From assembly GCA_037443205.1 (NCBI GenBank), contig JBBIOU010000010.1:11879-75878 (forward strand): DNA of 64,000 nt, in the 5' to 3' direction. Below, piece after piece: positions 37,492 through 48,436 of the stretch (positions within the stretch are counted from its first letter, which is position 1; every line of letters begins with the position of its first letter). This DNA comes from Flavobacteriales bacterium (lineage in GTDB: Bacteria; Bacteroidota; Bacteroidia; Flavobacteriales_D; UBA2798). The position numbers were made by a program, and so were the translations under genes. The notes under the pieces were generated by a model, which worked only from the letters and a program-made list of their open reading frames with translations, was not told where the DNA came from and made no database searches.

Positions 37492-38702
37492 AGTATAATT
37501 TTTTCTACTGCATGTATAACGGCATCAATTACTGTATTAGCCTGTTCGGGCGTAAGGTTGTAATATACAGGCAAGGTAATTTCACGGGCATAATTATCAT
37601 AGGTTACAGGATAATGATTGATGTCGTAGCCTTGTTTTTTGTATGCGCTGAGCATAGCCAAGGGTATAAAGTGAACATTAACCGATACATCCTGACCAAA
37701 AATAAGTTGTATTATTTCGTCTCTTTGTTTTTCGTTTATTCCGAAAATTCTAAGTGGGTATAAATGGAACGAACTTGTTTTGTGATGGGTTTGATACACC
37801 GGTAATTGAGCCCATTTTTTAGTTTTTAAACGATGGGTATAGATATCAAATATTTCTTTTCGTTTAATCAGAGTATCATCATCGTATCTTTCAATTTCAA
37901 CCAACCCCATAGCTGCCTGTATATCGGTCATATTGCATTTATAGCCCGGTTCTAGTATATCGTAGCGCCAGTTACCTTTTTGTGTTTTGGCCAGTGCATC
38001 TTTGTTTTGCCCATGCAGTGTTTTAATACATAAATACTTATAAATATCTTCATTGTTGAAGGGTTCGGGCAAGTTGAGTGCTACCGCACCTCCTTCGGCA
38101 GTGCTTAAATTTTTAACCGCATGAAACGAAAATACCGACACATCGGTTAGCGAGCCGGTTTTCTTTCCTTTATAAACAGCTCCAAACGAGTGTGCAGAAT
38201 CACTTAAAATTAAAATACGACCTAATTTTTTTTGTTCTTCCGTATGGGGCGAAAACAAACTGATGATATTTGGTTCGTTGACCAGTTTATTTATTTCGTC
38301 ATAATCGCATGGTAAACCGGCAAAATCAACCGGCATAATTACTTTGGTTTTGTTGTTAATGGCAGCGCGTATTTGTTGTACAGATATATTAAAATCCTCC
38401 GCATTGGTATCAACAAATACAGGCTTAGCCCCCACATGCATACATACATTTGCTGTAGCAGAATAGGTATATGCAGGAACAATTACTTCATCGCCAGGCC
38501 CCACACCAAACCAGCGCAACATAATCTCAAGACCGGCCGTAGCAGAGTTTAAACAAATGGTAGCTTTATTACCGCAATAATTCGTAATTTTTTTTTCAAA
38601 TTCTTTGGTTCTAGGGCCGGTAGTAATCCAACCTGATAATAAAGCTTCTTTCACGGCTTCAATAATTTTGTCATCAACTCGCGGGGGTGAAAAAGGAATC
38701 AT
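37488..38702 (-). CDS. DegT/DnrJ/EryC1/StrS family sugar aminotransferase
   Basis: PLP-lysine region FSFHAVKNL and the typical N-terminus (IPFSPP...). The stop overlaps the downstream start by 4 nt. Confidence 0.88.
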   Translation of the reverse strand: MIPFSPPRVDDKIIEAVKEALLSGWITTGPRTKEFEKKITNYCGNKATICLNSATAGLEIMLRWFGVGPGDEVIVPAYTYSATANVCMHVGAKPVFVDTNAEDFNISVQQIRAAINNKTKVIMPVDFAGLPCDYDEINKLVNEPNIISLFSPHTEEQKKLGRILILSDSAHSFGAVYKGKKTGSLTDVSVFSFHAVKNLSTAEGGAVALNLPEPFNNEDIYKYLCIKTLHGQNKDALAKTQKGNWRYDILEPGYKCNMTDIQAAMGLVEIERYDDDTLIKRKEIFDIYTHRLKTKKWAQLPVYQTHHKTSSFHLYPLRIFGINEKQRDEIIQLIFGQDVSVNVHFIPLAMLSAYKKQGYDINHYPVTYDNYAREITLPVYYNLTPEQANTVIDAVIHAVEKIIL

Positions 38703-38734
38703 ATAATTATTTTTAACTAAGGCAAAGGTATAGA

Positions 38735-40093
38735 TTATTTGATTTTTTTAGCCGTATGGTCACCGTTTTGATGCAGAATAAGCCCGCTTACTTTACCTTT
38801 TTTATTTTTGGTAAATGTTATGCTAATGGGATATCCGGGAAGAAAAAAATCCGTTTCTGATTCTGCCTGTAACTCAAATTGTGGTTGACCGGTTGCTTGT
38901 ATAAATAATTTGTTACCCATATTGCTTACATATATTATAAAGTTTTTTTGCAAATGATATTCTCCTGCATATTGTTTGATTATATTTTCATCGAGGTTGA
39001 TTGATTTTTTGATACGTGGTATATCATAAGGTTGATTAAACATAATAGCCGAAATAGCTTGATTTATTTCAAAAGCCATGCAATAATCGGTATTACCAAG
39101 TGTAATGATGCAAATATCATCATCTGTAAATCGCATTATTTGTGTAGAATATCCAAATATGCCCCCGGTATGATGTATCAGTTTTTTATTCCACATATTG
39201 GTAACTACCCAACCATAACCAAAATTTTGGCTGTAATTATAAAACATGGTATCTATCCATTTTTTAGGAATAATTTTCTCAGTATATAGTATTTGATGCC
39301 ACTTATACATATCTTCAACGGTAGCATATAATGCACCGGCAGCAAAGGCAATGCTTCCGTGTAATTTTTTGGCTTCTTTGATTACTTGTAATTCTTTGGT
39401 ATATCCCTTGGCTGCGGGCATCGTTGCGGTATTAATATCAAAGCCGCTGTTGCTCATACCGGCCTTATCAAAAATAATTTCTTTCATGAATTCTGCATAA
39501 GTTTTACCGGTCTGATGTTCAATAATTGCTCCTAAAATATAATAAGCTGAATTATTATATTTATTTTTTGTTCCGGGAATAAATTCCAAATCGTTTGAAC
39601 AAAATATTTCTATAAATTCTTTGGTTTCAAATTGATTATCGGTTTGTGTCAACATAAAACCTTCTGATTCAGTATAACCGGGTATGCCGGATGTATGCGT
39701 TAACAACTGGTGTACGGTAACTTTATCGCCTATATCTTTTCTGTACCAGGGTAAACAATCGGATAGTTTACTATGCAGGTGTATTTTGCCTGTATAACAT
39801 AAATACATAATGGCAGTTGCCGTAAATTGTTTAGTAACTGATGCCAGACAAAACTTTGTTGTAGTGGTATTGGGTATTTTTTTTTCGTAATCAGCAAAAC
39901 CAAAACCCTGGTTAAGCAATACAGAATCTTTTTCTGATACCAATACTGAACCGGAAAAATCCCTTACTTCAACCCATGCATTAAGTAGTTCAAGAATTTT
40001 TTGTTTTTTATCATTTTGAGCAAAAGAAAAAAAACCGGTAAGAACAAACTGCCATAAGCAGATATATTTAATTATTTTAGTTACAGTCAACAT
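38735..40093 (-). CDS. serine hydrolase (beta-lactamase class C / PBP family)
   Basis: Signal peptide, SVTKQ (SxxK) active-site motif, YNNSAY (YxN-like) motif. Confidence 0.85.
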   Translation of the reverse strand: MLTVTKIIKYICLWQFVLTGFFSFAQNDKKQKILELLNAWVEVRDFSGSVLVSEKDSVLLNQGFGFADYEKKIPNTTTTKFCLASVTKQFTATAIMYLCYTGKIHLHSKLSDCLPWYRKDIGDKVTVHQLLTHTSGIPGYTESEGFMLTQTDNQFETKEFIEIFCSNDLEFIPGTKNKYNNSAYYILGAIIEHQTGKTYAEFMKEIIFDKAGMSNSGFDINTATMPAAKGYTKELQVIKEAKKLHGSIAFAAGALYATVEDMYKWHQILYTEKIIPKKWIDTMFYNYSQNFGYGWVVTNMWNKKLIHHTGGIFGYSTQIMRFTDDDICIITLGNTDYCMAFEINQAISAIMFNQPYDIPRIKKSINLDENIIKQYAGEYHLQKNFIIYVSNMGNKLFIQATGQPQFELQAESETDFFLPGYPISITFTKNKKGKVSGLILHQNGDHTAKKIK

Positions 40094-42539
40094 CTATTAT
40101 AAATCTTAATTGTTTTAAATCTTTTATTTGCTGCAATTTATGTAATTCATTAACAACTTCTTGTTTAATTAGTTTATAATTTGAATTTTTTTCGGATTTA
40201 ATTAAAAAGGAGCGTAAATATTCGTTTCTTATTTTTTCGATTACCGGTTTTTCGGGCCCTAATATACGTTTACCTATTTTAGACTTTAAATTATTATATA
40301 GTATTGTTGCCGCTTCAGCTACTTTATTTCTTTCTTTATGTTTAAGTGTAACTTGTATTAATTTGCTGAAAGGCGGATAATTAAAGTTTTTTCTTTCTAA
40401 AATTTCTGCTTCGTACATGCCTATATAATCATTTGCAATAACTTTTTGCAAAACCCAATGTTTTGGGTTTCGGGTTTGTACAATCACTTTCCCTTGTTTA
40501 TCTTTTCTTCCTGCGCGGCCTGCTACCTGAGCACACAACTGAAATGCCCGTTCGTAAGAACGAAAATCGGGGTATGACAATAAACTATCAGCATTTAATA
40601 TAGCCACCAACGATACATTGCTAAAATCAAGTCCTTTAGTAACCATTTGTGTACCTACTAAAATATCTATTTCTTGATTTTCAAAATCATTTAATATGTT
40701 GTAGTAAGCATGTTTATTACGTGTAGAGTCTAAATCCAATCGCGAACATTTTGCTTCGGGAATCAGTATAGCTAATTCTTCTTCAATTTTTTCTGTACCA
40801 AAGCCAATCATTTTTACATGATGACTACCGCATGCTTTGCATTTATTTAACGGCTTATAAGTTGAGCCGCAGTAATGACAATGCAACTGTCCGGTATTTT
40901 TATGATAAGTTAAACTAACATCACATTGCGTACATTTATAAATCCATCCGCAAGTTTCGCACATCCATAAAGGGGTATAACCTCTCCGATTTTGAAACAA
41001 TATAATTTGCTCCTTTTTTTGCAAAGCTGTATTTATTTCGCTCAGTAATTCATCAGAAAATATACGTTCACCGGGTTTAATTTTACTTATATCAACGCAT
41101 GATATTTGAGGCATCAATGTACCTAAATATCTGTTTTTAATTTCGGCTAACTGATATTTGCCATTTAGGGCATTATAGTAACTTTCGTAAGAGGGAGTTG
41201 CACTACCCAACAACACATTGGCCTTATAAATAGAAGCTAATACCAACGCACAATCCCGGGCATGATAACGCGGGGCAGGATCTTGTTGCTTATAAGTTGT
41301 TTCGTGTTCTTCATCAATTATTATTAATCCCAGATTTTGAAAGGGTAAAAAAATGGCTGAGCGTGCCCCTAAAATAATTTTATAAGAATTTTCGGTGCGC
41401 AGGGTTTTTACCCATATTTCAGCGCGCTCTTGTTCATTAAATCGCGAATGATACACCCCCACATCATTGCCAAAATGTTTTTGTAATCGGCCTATAATTT
41501 GCGAGGTTAAAGCTATTTCGGGCAACAAATAAAGAACTTGTTTATTTTGTTTAAGGGTGTGCTCAATAAGCTGTATATACACCTCTGTTTTTCCGCTACC
41601 GGTAACACCATGCAATAGACAGGGTTTTTGATTACTAAATGATTGTAAAATTTTTTCGCAGGCCAATTTTTGTTCTGTATTTAATTCTACCGGTGGAATA
41701 ATTTCTTTGTCATAATTATGCAAGCGATCAACCCGTTTATGCATCAAATAGACAATGGATTTTTTCTCCAACGACTTTAATATACTATCTACATTTTTTA
41801 TATGTTTTGATAAATCTTTTTTTCTTACTTCCTGTTGATCATTCATTTTTATTTGTTGCCAAAGCACCATCAGTAAATCAACCTGTGCCGGGGCTTTTTT
41901 TTCGAGCGCATTGAGCATTGCAGCAAACATATCCTCATCTAAAAATTTATTATCAAGCCCGATATAAATTTCTGTTTTAGGTTTATACTTAAACTGCAAT
42001 TCTTCTTTAACAGTAATAATTTTTTTTTCGATCAATGATTTGATGTATGGCTGTACATTTATTATTGCTAATATTTCGGAACACTCTTTAAGGCTTAATT
42101 CATGACTCGATTCCAATGCATCTATTAAAATATTTTCCTTATCACTCAATTCGACTGATATTTCGCGATAGTTTTCGGTAAGCATTATTTTTGTTTCGCT
42201 GGCTAATTTCAACGCAGAAGGCAGTGCGGCATTCATTACATCGCCCGGTGTACAACAGTAATAATCTGCCATCCAATCCCATAACTTAAATTGATATTCA
42301 TTTACAATGGGCCGGGTATCTAATATCCCTTCAATATATTTAGCCTCATAATCAAGCGGAACGCGAGTGTGTATATTTTTTATAAGTGCCGTGTAAAGTT
42401 TATTTTTACCAAATTGAACAACTACGCGCTGCCCGGGGCTTATCACTTCGTTTAACTCGTAAGGTACCCGGTATGTAAAGAGGTTAGGTACTGCCAGGGG
42501 TAATATAACATCTATAAAAAGTGTAATGCGTTCGCTCAT
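40077..42539 (-). CDS. priA: primosomal replication protein N' (PriA helicase)
   Basis: Walker A GVTGSGKT, DEEH box, and Cys-rich zinc insertion (CETCGW..CTQC...CHYCG...CKACG). The start is placed at MSERITLF (42539). Confidence 0.93.
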   Translation of the reverse strand: MSERITLFIDVILPLAVPNLFTYRVPYELNEVISPGQRVVVQFGKNKLYTALIKNIHTRVPLDYEAKYIEGILDTRPIVNEYQFKLWDWMADYYCCTPGDVMNAALPSALKLASETKIMLTENYREISVELSDKENILIDALESSHELSLKECSEILAIINVQPYIKSLIEKKIITVKEELQFKYKPKTEIYIGLDNKFLDEDMFAAMLNALEKKAPAQVDLLMVLWQQIKMNDQQEVRKKDLSKHIKNVDSILKSLEKKSIVYLMHKRVDRLHNYDKEIIPPVELNTEQKLACEKILQSFSNQKPCLLHGVTGSGKTEVYIQLIEHTLKQNKQVLYLLPEIALTSQIIGRLQKHFGNDVGVYHSRFNEQERAEIWVKTLRTENSYKIILGARSAIFLPFQNLGLIIIDEEHETTYKQQDPAPRYHARDCALVLASIYKANVLLGSATPSYESYYNALNGKYQLAEIKNRYLGTLMPQISCVDISKIKPGERIFSDELLSEINTALQKKEQIILFQNRRGYTPLWMCETCGWIYKCTQCDVSLTYHKNTGQLHCHYCGSTYKPLNKCKACGSHHVKMIGFGTEKIEEELAILIPEAKCSRLDLDSTRNKHAYYNILNDFENQEIDILVGTQMVTKGLDFSNVSLVAILNADSLLSYPDFRSYERAFQLCAQVAGRAGRKDKQGKVIVQTRNPKHWVLQKVIANDYIGMYEAEILERKNFNYPPFSKLIQVTLKHKERNKVAEAATILYNNLKSKIGKRILGPEKPVIEKIRNEYLRSFLIKSEKNSNYKLIKQEVVNELHKLQQIKDLKQLRFIIDVDCN

Positions 42540-42584
42540 ATTTTGGGGCAAAATAATAAAAATGTTTGATTGACTATAAAGCAT

Positions 42585-42592
42585 TACATTTG
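42585..42592 (+). promoter_or_regulatory. Bacteroidota-type -7 promoter box (TAnnTTTG)
   Basis: TACATTTG lies 18 nt upstream of the purB ATG at 42611. Confidence 0.3.
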
Positions 42593-42610
42593 TATTTTGA
42601 AATATAAACC

Positions 42611-43966
42611 ATGGAACTAAACACTCTATCAGCCATTTCTCCGGTAGACGGACGTTACCGTAAACAAACGGAAAATTTATCTTTATTTTTTTCGGAAGCT
42701 GCCTTAATGAAATACAGAGTGCTGGTTGAAATAGAATACTTTATTGCCTTGTGCGAACTACCCTTGCCCGAGTTAAAAAATTTTAATCCGGCTCATTTTA
42801 ATACGCTAAGAGCGATTTACCAAAACTTTAATAACAAGGACGTAATACGTATTAAAGAAATTGAAAATATTACCAATCATGATGTTAAAGCCGTTGAATA
42901 TTTTTTAAAAGAAAACCTCGCAGCAATGGGTATAATCAACGAAGCTGAATTTATACATTTCGGGTTAACTTCGCAGGATATAAACAATACGGCTATTCCT
43001 CTTTCTCTCAAAGAAGCCGTAAATGATGTATATATACCCTTGTTAGAAGAGATTATCAGTAAGATAACCGTACTTGCCCGGGAATGGAAAGACGTTTCGA
43101 TGCTGGCATTTACACACGGGCAGCCCGCCTCGCCTACCCGCCTGGGAAAAGAAATGTATGTGTTTGCCGAGCGATTAAGCATACAAAAACATCATCTGCT
43201 TCAAATACCCTTTTCGGCAAAATTTGGCGGGGCTACCGGTAACTTTAATGCACACCATGTTGCATATTCCAAGATAGACTGGATAAATTTTGCCAATAAA
43301 TTTGTAAACCAAACCCTTGGATTAAGTCGTTCGCAAACTACCACACAAATAGAACACTACGACAATCTGGCGGCACTCTTTGATGCCTGTAAACGCATTA
43401 ATACCATCTTGCTGGATTTTGCCAGAGATATTTGGACGTATATTTCGATGAACTATTTTAAACAAAAAATTAAACCGGGCGAAGTAGGCTCTTCTGCCAT
43501 GCCCCATAAAGTAAACCCGATAGATTTTGAAAATGCAGAAGGTAATCTGGGCATTGCCAACGCATTGTTTGAACACCTTGCAGCAAAATTACCCGTATCA
43601 AGATTGCAAAGAGATTTAACCGATTCAACCGTATTGCGCAATATAGGTGTACCTTATGCGCACAGCCTCATCAGCATGAAAGCTATCTTAAAAGGTTTAG
43701 ATAAACTTTTACTCAATGAAACTGCCATTAAAAATGACCTGGAAGAAAATTGGGCTGTAGTAGCGGAAGCAATACAAACTATTTTGCGTAGAGAAAATTT
43801 TCCTAAACCTTACGAAGCACTCAAAGAATTAACCCGTACCCATGCCCAAATCAATCAAAAAAACATTCATCAGTTTATTGATAATTTAAATATAAGCGAT
43901 GATTTAAAAAAAGAATTAAAACAAATTACACCTTTTAACTACACGGGCATAAATATTGTAAAATAA
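42611..43966 (+). CDS. purB: adenylosuccinate lyase
   Basis: SPVDGRY N-terminus and the fumarate-lyase signature GSSAMPHKVNP. Confidence 0.95.
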   Translation: MELNTLSAISPVDGRYRKQTENLSLFFSEAALMKYRVLVEIEYFIALCELPLPELKNFNPAHFNTLRAIYQNFNNKDVIRIKEIENITNHDVKAVEYFLKENLAAMGIINEAEFIHFGLTSQDINNTAIPLSLKEAVNDVYIPLLEEIISKITVLAREWKDVSMLAFTHGQPASPTRLGKEMYVFAERLSIQKHHLLQIPFSAKFGGATGNFNAHHVAYSKIDWINFANKFVNQTLGLSRSQTTTQIEHYDNLAALFDACKRINTILLDFARDIWTYISMNYFKQKIKPGEVGSSAMPHKVNPIDFENAEGNLGIANALFEHLAAKLPVSRLQRDLTDSTVLRNIGVPYAHSLISMKAILKGLDKLLLNETAIKNDLEENWAVVAEAIQTILRRENFPKPYEALKELTRTHAQINQKNIHQFIDNLNISDDLKKELKQITPFNYTGINIVK

Positions 43967-43988
43967 ATATTCTATACATTATTCTTTT

Positions 43989-45158
43989 ATGCGTAAAATA
44001 CTTATATTATGCCTGATAATGAATGTAAGTGTATCTGCACAAATAAGTTTTTTTGAAGGAAATTGGTCGGATGCACTGTTACTTGCCGAAAAAGAAAACA
44101 AAAAAATATTTGTATATTTTTATGCTGTATGGTGTGCCCCCTGCAAATCAATGAGTCAAAACACTTTTACAGATAAATCGGCAGCAGATTACTACAACAA
44201 CCATTTTATAAATATTAAGATTGATGCCGAACATGAGCAATCTGAAGCGCTTAAAAAAGTAAATATTCAAGCCTATCCTACCTTAGCATATTTTAATACT
44301 GATGGCACACTGTTTTATCTAACTATGGGTGCATACACCCCGCAGAATTTTATACAAATAGGTAAAAATGTTATAGATTACAAAAAAAACATGGAAATAT
44401 GCAACAATGAAAACAATAACCCGGTAGCTCTTTACAATTACCTGCAAATACTTTACTTTAGCGATACTGCACAAGCAATTAACCGTGCCGAAAAATATTT
44501 ATACTCACTCAAAAATCAAGAATACATCCTATCCGAAAACTGGGCTGTGATATACTCCTTTGGAAGAAATCCGTACAGCCCCTGGTTTAATTACATAATA
44601 AATGATATCACACAGTTTTTAAATGAATACCGAGAAGCATTTTATGATTATTTTACACAAACCAGCGGACTCATTTTAAAAAAAGCCATTTATGAAAAAA
44701 ATTATCAATTAACCGAAACGTACAAACAAATTGCGCGTAAGGCAAACAAGCAACTAACCGGTATCGAATACCCGGGAATGGACGATGAAGTTGATATGCA
44801 CTATTTTTTTGAAACGGGCGACCTACCTAATTACCTGAAAACTACCGACAGATGGTTAAACACCTACCATTCGGAAAATATACAAACTCTTACAGAACGC
44901 TCAATAGAAATAGCCGAAAAATATCCTGATAACACCTTGGTGATGGAATATGCCCTGAAATGGAGTATGAAAGCGCTGGCGCTGGAAAATTCTTTCTACA
45001 CGAATTTAATTTTATCACACATCTATAGATACAACCGGCAATACAACCAGGCTTTAAATTATGCTGATGTAGCTATATCCAAAGCAGGAGCGCTTGATGA
45101 TGTAGAATATGCCAAAACATACCGGCAGGAAATTATAGCCATCATAGACAAAAAATAA
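43989..45158 (+). CDS. exported thioredoxin-fold protein with helical C-terminal domain
   Basis: Signal peptide. WCAPCK (CxxC) thioredoxin motif in the first ~120 aa. The remaining ~270 aa are not recognised. Confidence 0.7.
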   Translation: MRKILILCLIMNVSVSAQISFFEGNWSDALLLAEKENKKIFVYFYAVWCAPCKSMSQNTFTDKSAADYYNNHFINIKIDAEHEQSEALKKVNIQAYPTLAYFNTDGTLFYLTMGAYTPQNFIQIGKNVIDYKKNMEICNNENNNPVALYNYLQILYFSDTAQAINRAEKYLYSLKNQEYILSENWAVIYSFGRNPYSPWFNYIINDITQFLNEYREAFYDYFTQTSGLILKKAIYEKNYQLTETYKQIARKANKQLTGIEYPGMDDEVDMHYFFETGDLPNYLKTTDRWLNTYHSENIQTLTERSIEIAEKYPDNTLVMEYALKWSMKALALENSFYTNLILSHIYRYNRQYNQALNYADVAISKAGALDDVEYAKTYRQEIIAIIDKK

Positions 45159-45251
45159 ACCCAAATACAGCATTATATTAGCAATGTCAAATACAAATTT
45201 GAATTTAGAAAAAATGATTATATTTAAGGTCTGAAAAAAAATGAAATACTT

Positions 45252-46304
45252 ATGAAAAAAATACTTCTAATAATTTCAGTCATTTCTTTAAATTTACATG
45301 CACTTGCACAAGAAGAAATTAACCCTGATGCCCAAACAAAATACAATGAAGGCATTACTGCATTTGAGGCAAAAAATTTTAGTGAAGCCATAGAAAAATT
45401 TACCGAAGCCATCAATCTGGAACCTAAATACGGCAAAGCCTATTTTAATCGCGGTTCTGTATATCTGCAACAACAAAAATACGATAACGCCATACATGAT
45501 TTTGATAAAGCTGCGCAATTTCTGGATTCCTCACAAACAGCCTATTTTATGAAAGGCACAGCCTGTTTAGACAAAGGAGATTACCCTGCTGCCGAAGAAG
45601 CATTTACAAAAGCCATCGAAAAGAAAAACGATGAGGCAAAATATTTTTATAACAGAGGCGTAGCACTATTTCAACAAGAAAAATACAAAGAAGCCGTAAA
45701 CGATTATAACAATGCGATAGACTTAAAACCCAATTACTCGTATGCCTATAATGATCGTGCCAGCGCCAAGAAAAAGCTGGGCGACATAGATGGTGCCATC
45801 AAAGACTACGAAGCAGCAGTCAAAGCCAATCCCAAACTAACTTTTGCACACAACAACCTGGGCTCAGCCAAAAAAGCCAAAGGCGATTACGAAGGAGCAA
45901 TTCAGTCGTACACCGAAGCCATAAAATTAAAGCGCGATTACTACATTGCCTTTAACAACAGGGGCAGCGCAAAATTTGATGCCGGTCGCTATGAAGATGC
46001 AATTAAAGATTTTACCGAAGCCATTAATCTGAAAAACGATTATGCCTTTGCCTACAACAACAGAGCTGCTGTATATATTAAACTGCAGAAATGGAAAGAA
46101 GCCATTGCAGATGCCAATAAAGCCATTCAAATAGATCCAAACTATGGAGCAGCCTACCTGAACAGAGCTATCGCATACGAAATGCTCAGAGAAATCGGAA
46201 ATTCCTGTGCCGACTTTTTAAAAGCTGCCGAGTTAGGTATAGAAAGCGCTGATACCTACTACAACTATGGTTTTTGTTCTGACTACGAGAAATATAAAAA
46301 ATAA
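45252..46304 (+). CDS. exported TPR repeat protein
   Basis: Signal peptide followed by about 9 consecutive canonical TPRs (..A..F..AI.L.P.Y..AY.NRG..). Confidence 0.8.
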   Translation: MKKILLIISVISLNLHALAQEEINPDAQTKYNEGITAFEAKNFSEAIEKFTEAINLEPKYGKAYFNRGSVYLQQQKYDNAIHDFDKAAQFLDSSQTAYFMKGTACLDKGDYPAAEEAFTKAIEKKNDEAKYFYNRGVALFQQEKYKEAVNDYNNAIDLKPNYSYAYNDRASAKKKLGDIDGAIKDYEAAVKANPKLTFAHNNLGSAKKAKGDYEGAIQSYTEAIKLKRDYYIAFNNRGSAKFDAGRYEDAIKDFTEAINLKNDYAFAYNNRAAVYIKLQKWKEAIADANKAIQIDPNYGAAYLNRAIAYEMLREIGNSCADFLKAAELGIESADTYYNYGFCSDYEKYKK

Positions 46305-46320
46305 CAAAGGGAAATTAGCT

Positions 46321-48432
46321 ATGAAAAGAATAACTACAACACTCATTGTCAACTTTCTGTTTTTAGTCCTATCTGCTCAAAAGAAAGATACTCCCTTCGA
46401 AAAAGAATTTTTTAAAGACCAAAAAAATGAATTTAAAGAAGCCAGGAAAAATTTTGAGGAAGGAAAAAAGTTATACGACAAAGGACAAGCCCGCTATGAA
46501 ATGGCCATACCTTTTCTTGAAAAAGCCTACGACTTTAACCCTAATTACTCATTGCTGAATTATATGTTGGGCAGATGCTATATGGCAACTTTATACAAAT
46601 TTAAATCACTCGATAAATTTTTGGCCGCCTACGAACTGAATAATGCCGTAGCTAAAGACATTCATTTGATGATTGGCCATGCTTATCATTTAAAATACAA
46701 TTGGGATAAAGCTGTATATCACTACGAATTATACAGAAAAACTCTCAATCAAAAAAATGATGTACAAGAAATAGAACTTGTAAATAAAAAAATTGGCGAA
46801 TGTGCTACCGGTAAAAAACTTCAGGCTAAACCCGAGCGTGTGTGGGTAGATAATTTAGGGAAAAACATTAATACCGAATATCCGGAATACAGTCCCTTTA
46901 TCTCGGCTGATGAATCAGTAATAATATTTACCGCCCGTAGACCCGACACGCAAGGCGGCAAAAAAGATGAAGACCCCGAAATGGGTGACTTTAAATACTT
47001 TGAAGACATCTACATCTCATACCGTGATGAAAACGGAAACTGGACTAAAGCCCAAAACATGGGTAGTAAATTAAATACTGACAACTACGATGCCACTGCC
47101 GGCCTATCGCCAGATGGAAAACAAATTTTTGTTTATTATGGATGGAAAGGACGCGGAGACATATACTCTTCTAAACTGGTAAATAACGAATGGACTAAAC
47201 CCGAAAAACTGGATAAAGTAATAAACGGAGAGGCTACCTGGGAAACCTCTGCAACCATATCGTGGGACGGTAAAGAATTATTTTTTGTATCAGACAGACC
47301 GGGCGGTTACGGGGGGTGCGATATATGGGTATGCACCTGGGATGAGAAAAAGAAAAAATGGAGCGAACCTAAAAACCTGGGACCAACTATTAATACTAAA
47401 TACGAAGAACGAGGCGTATTTTTTCACCCCGATGGTGAAACCATGTATTTTGCATCAAACGGGCAAGAAACCATGGGAGGATTAGATATTTTTTACACCA
47501 AACGAGACGAACAAGGAAACTGGAGCAAGCCCGTAAATATGGGTTATCCCATAAACTCTCCTGATGATGATGTATTTTTTGTGGTTTCCGGTAACGGCCG
47601 ATACGGATATTACGCCTCTTTTAAAGAAGAAGGAATGGGCGAAAAAGACCTTTACAGAATAACCTTTTTAGGACCAGAAAAGCCACCTATGCTAAACACT
47701 GAAGATAACCTTATAGCAAGTTTGGCAAACCCTGTTCGCGAAGTAGTTATAGAACCCAAAGTTGAAGTAAAATCAAGCAACCTGGCTATATTAAAAGGTC
47801 TGGTTAGAAACTTAAAAACACTACAACCCCTCGAAGCAAACATCGAGTTAATAGACAACGACAAAAATGAATTGGTAGCCTCCTTTACTTCCGATGCAAA
47901 AACCGGACAATATATGGTATCAATCCCTTCAGGAAAAAACTACGGTATCTTTGTTAAGAAAGACGGCTTTTTATCACACTCAGAAAATATTGATCTTCCT
48001 AAATCTTCCGGTTATAAAGAATATGAAAAAAATATTGATTTAAAACCTATTGAAGTAGGCTCATCAATTGTACTCAGGAACATCTTCTTTGATTTAGATA
48101 AAGCTACACTCAGACCGGCATCTACGGCTGAATTAGAAAGACTCTTAAAATTACTTAACGAAAATCCTACCCTTAGAATTGAAATATCAGGCCACACCGA
48201 TTCGCAGGGAGATAATGCTTACAACCAGAAATTATCCGAAGCTCGTGCCAAAGCCGTGGTAGATTATCTTATCAGCAACAATATTAAACCCGGCCGATTA
48301 GAATACAAAGGTTACGGAGAAGAAAAACCTATTATACCCGAATCGGAAATTATGAAAATGAAAACTAAAACTGAACGCGAAGAAGCCCATCAACAAAACA
48401 GAAGAACTGAATTTAAAATATTAAGCAAATAA
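46321..48432 (+). CDS. OmpA-family protein with TPR, PD40 beta-propeller repeats and carboxypeptidase-regulatory-like domain
   Basis: PD40 units (FVSDRPGGYGGCDIWV, FASNGQETMGGLDIFY). C-terminal OmpA domain (NIFFD.DKA.L..., GHTDS.G...YN..LS..RA..V..YL, NRRTEFKI). The start is placed at MKRITTTL (46321). Confidence 0.85.
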   Translation: MKRITTTLIVNFLFLVLSAQKKDTPFEKEFFKDQKNEFKEARKNFEEGKKLYDKGQARYEMAIPFLEKAYDFNPNYSLLNYMLGRCYMATLYKFKSLDKFLAAYELNNAVAKDIHLMIGHAYHLKYNWDKAVYHYELYRKTLNQKNDVQEIELVNKKIGECATGKKLQAKPERVWVDNLGKNINTEYPEYSPFISADESVIIFTARRPDTQGGKKDEDPEMGDFKYFEDIYISYRDENGNWTKAQNMGSKLNTDNYDATAGLSPDGKQIFVYYGWKGRGDIYSSKLVNNEWTKPEKLDKVINGEATWETSATISWDGKELFFVSDRPGGYGGCDIWVCTWDEKKKKWSEPKNLGPTINTKYEERGVFFHPDGETMYFASNGQETMGGLDIFYTKRDEQGNWSKPVNMGYPINSPDDDVFFVVSGNGRYGYYASFKEEGMGEKDLYRITFLGPEKPPMLNTEDNLIASLANPVREVVIEPKVEVKSSNLAILKGLVRNLKTLQPLEANIELIDNDKNELVASFTSDAKTGQYMVSIPSGKNYGIFVKKDGFLSHSENIDLPKSSGYKEYEKNIDLKPIEVGSSIVLRNIFFDLDKATLRPASTAELERLLKLLNENPTLRIEISGHTDSQGDNAYNQKLSEARAKAVVDYLISNNIKPGRLEYKGYGEEKPIIPESEIMKMKTKTEREEAHQQNRRTEFKILSK

Positions 48433-48436
48433 AAAT

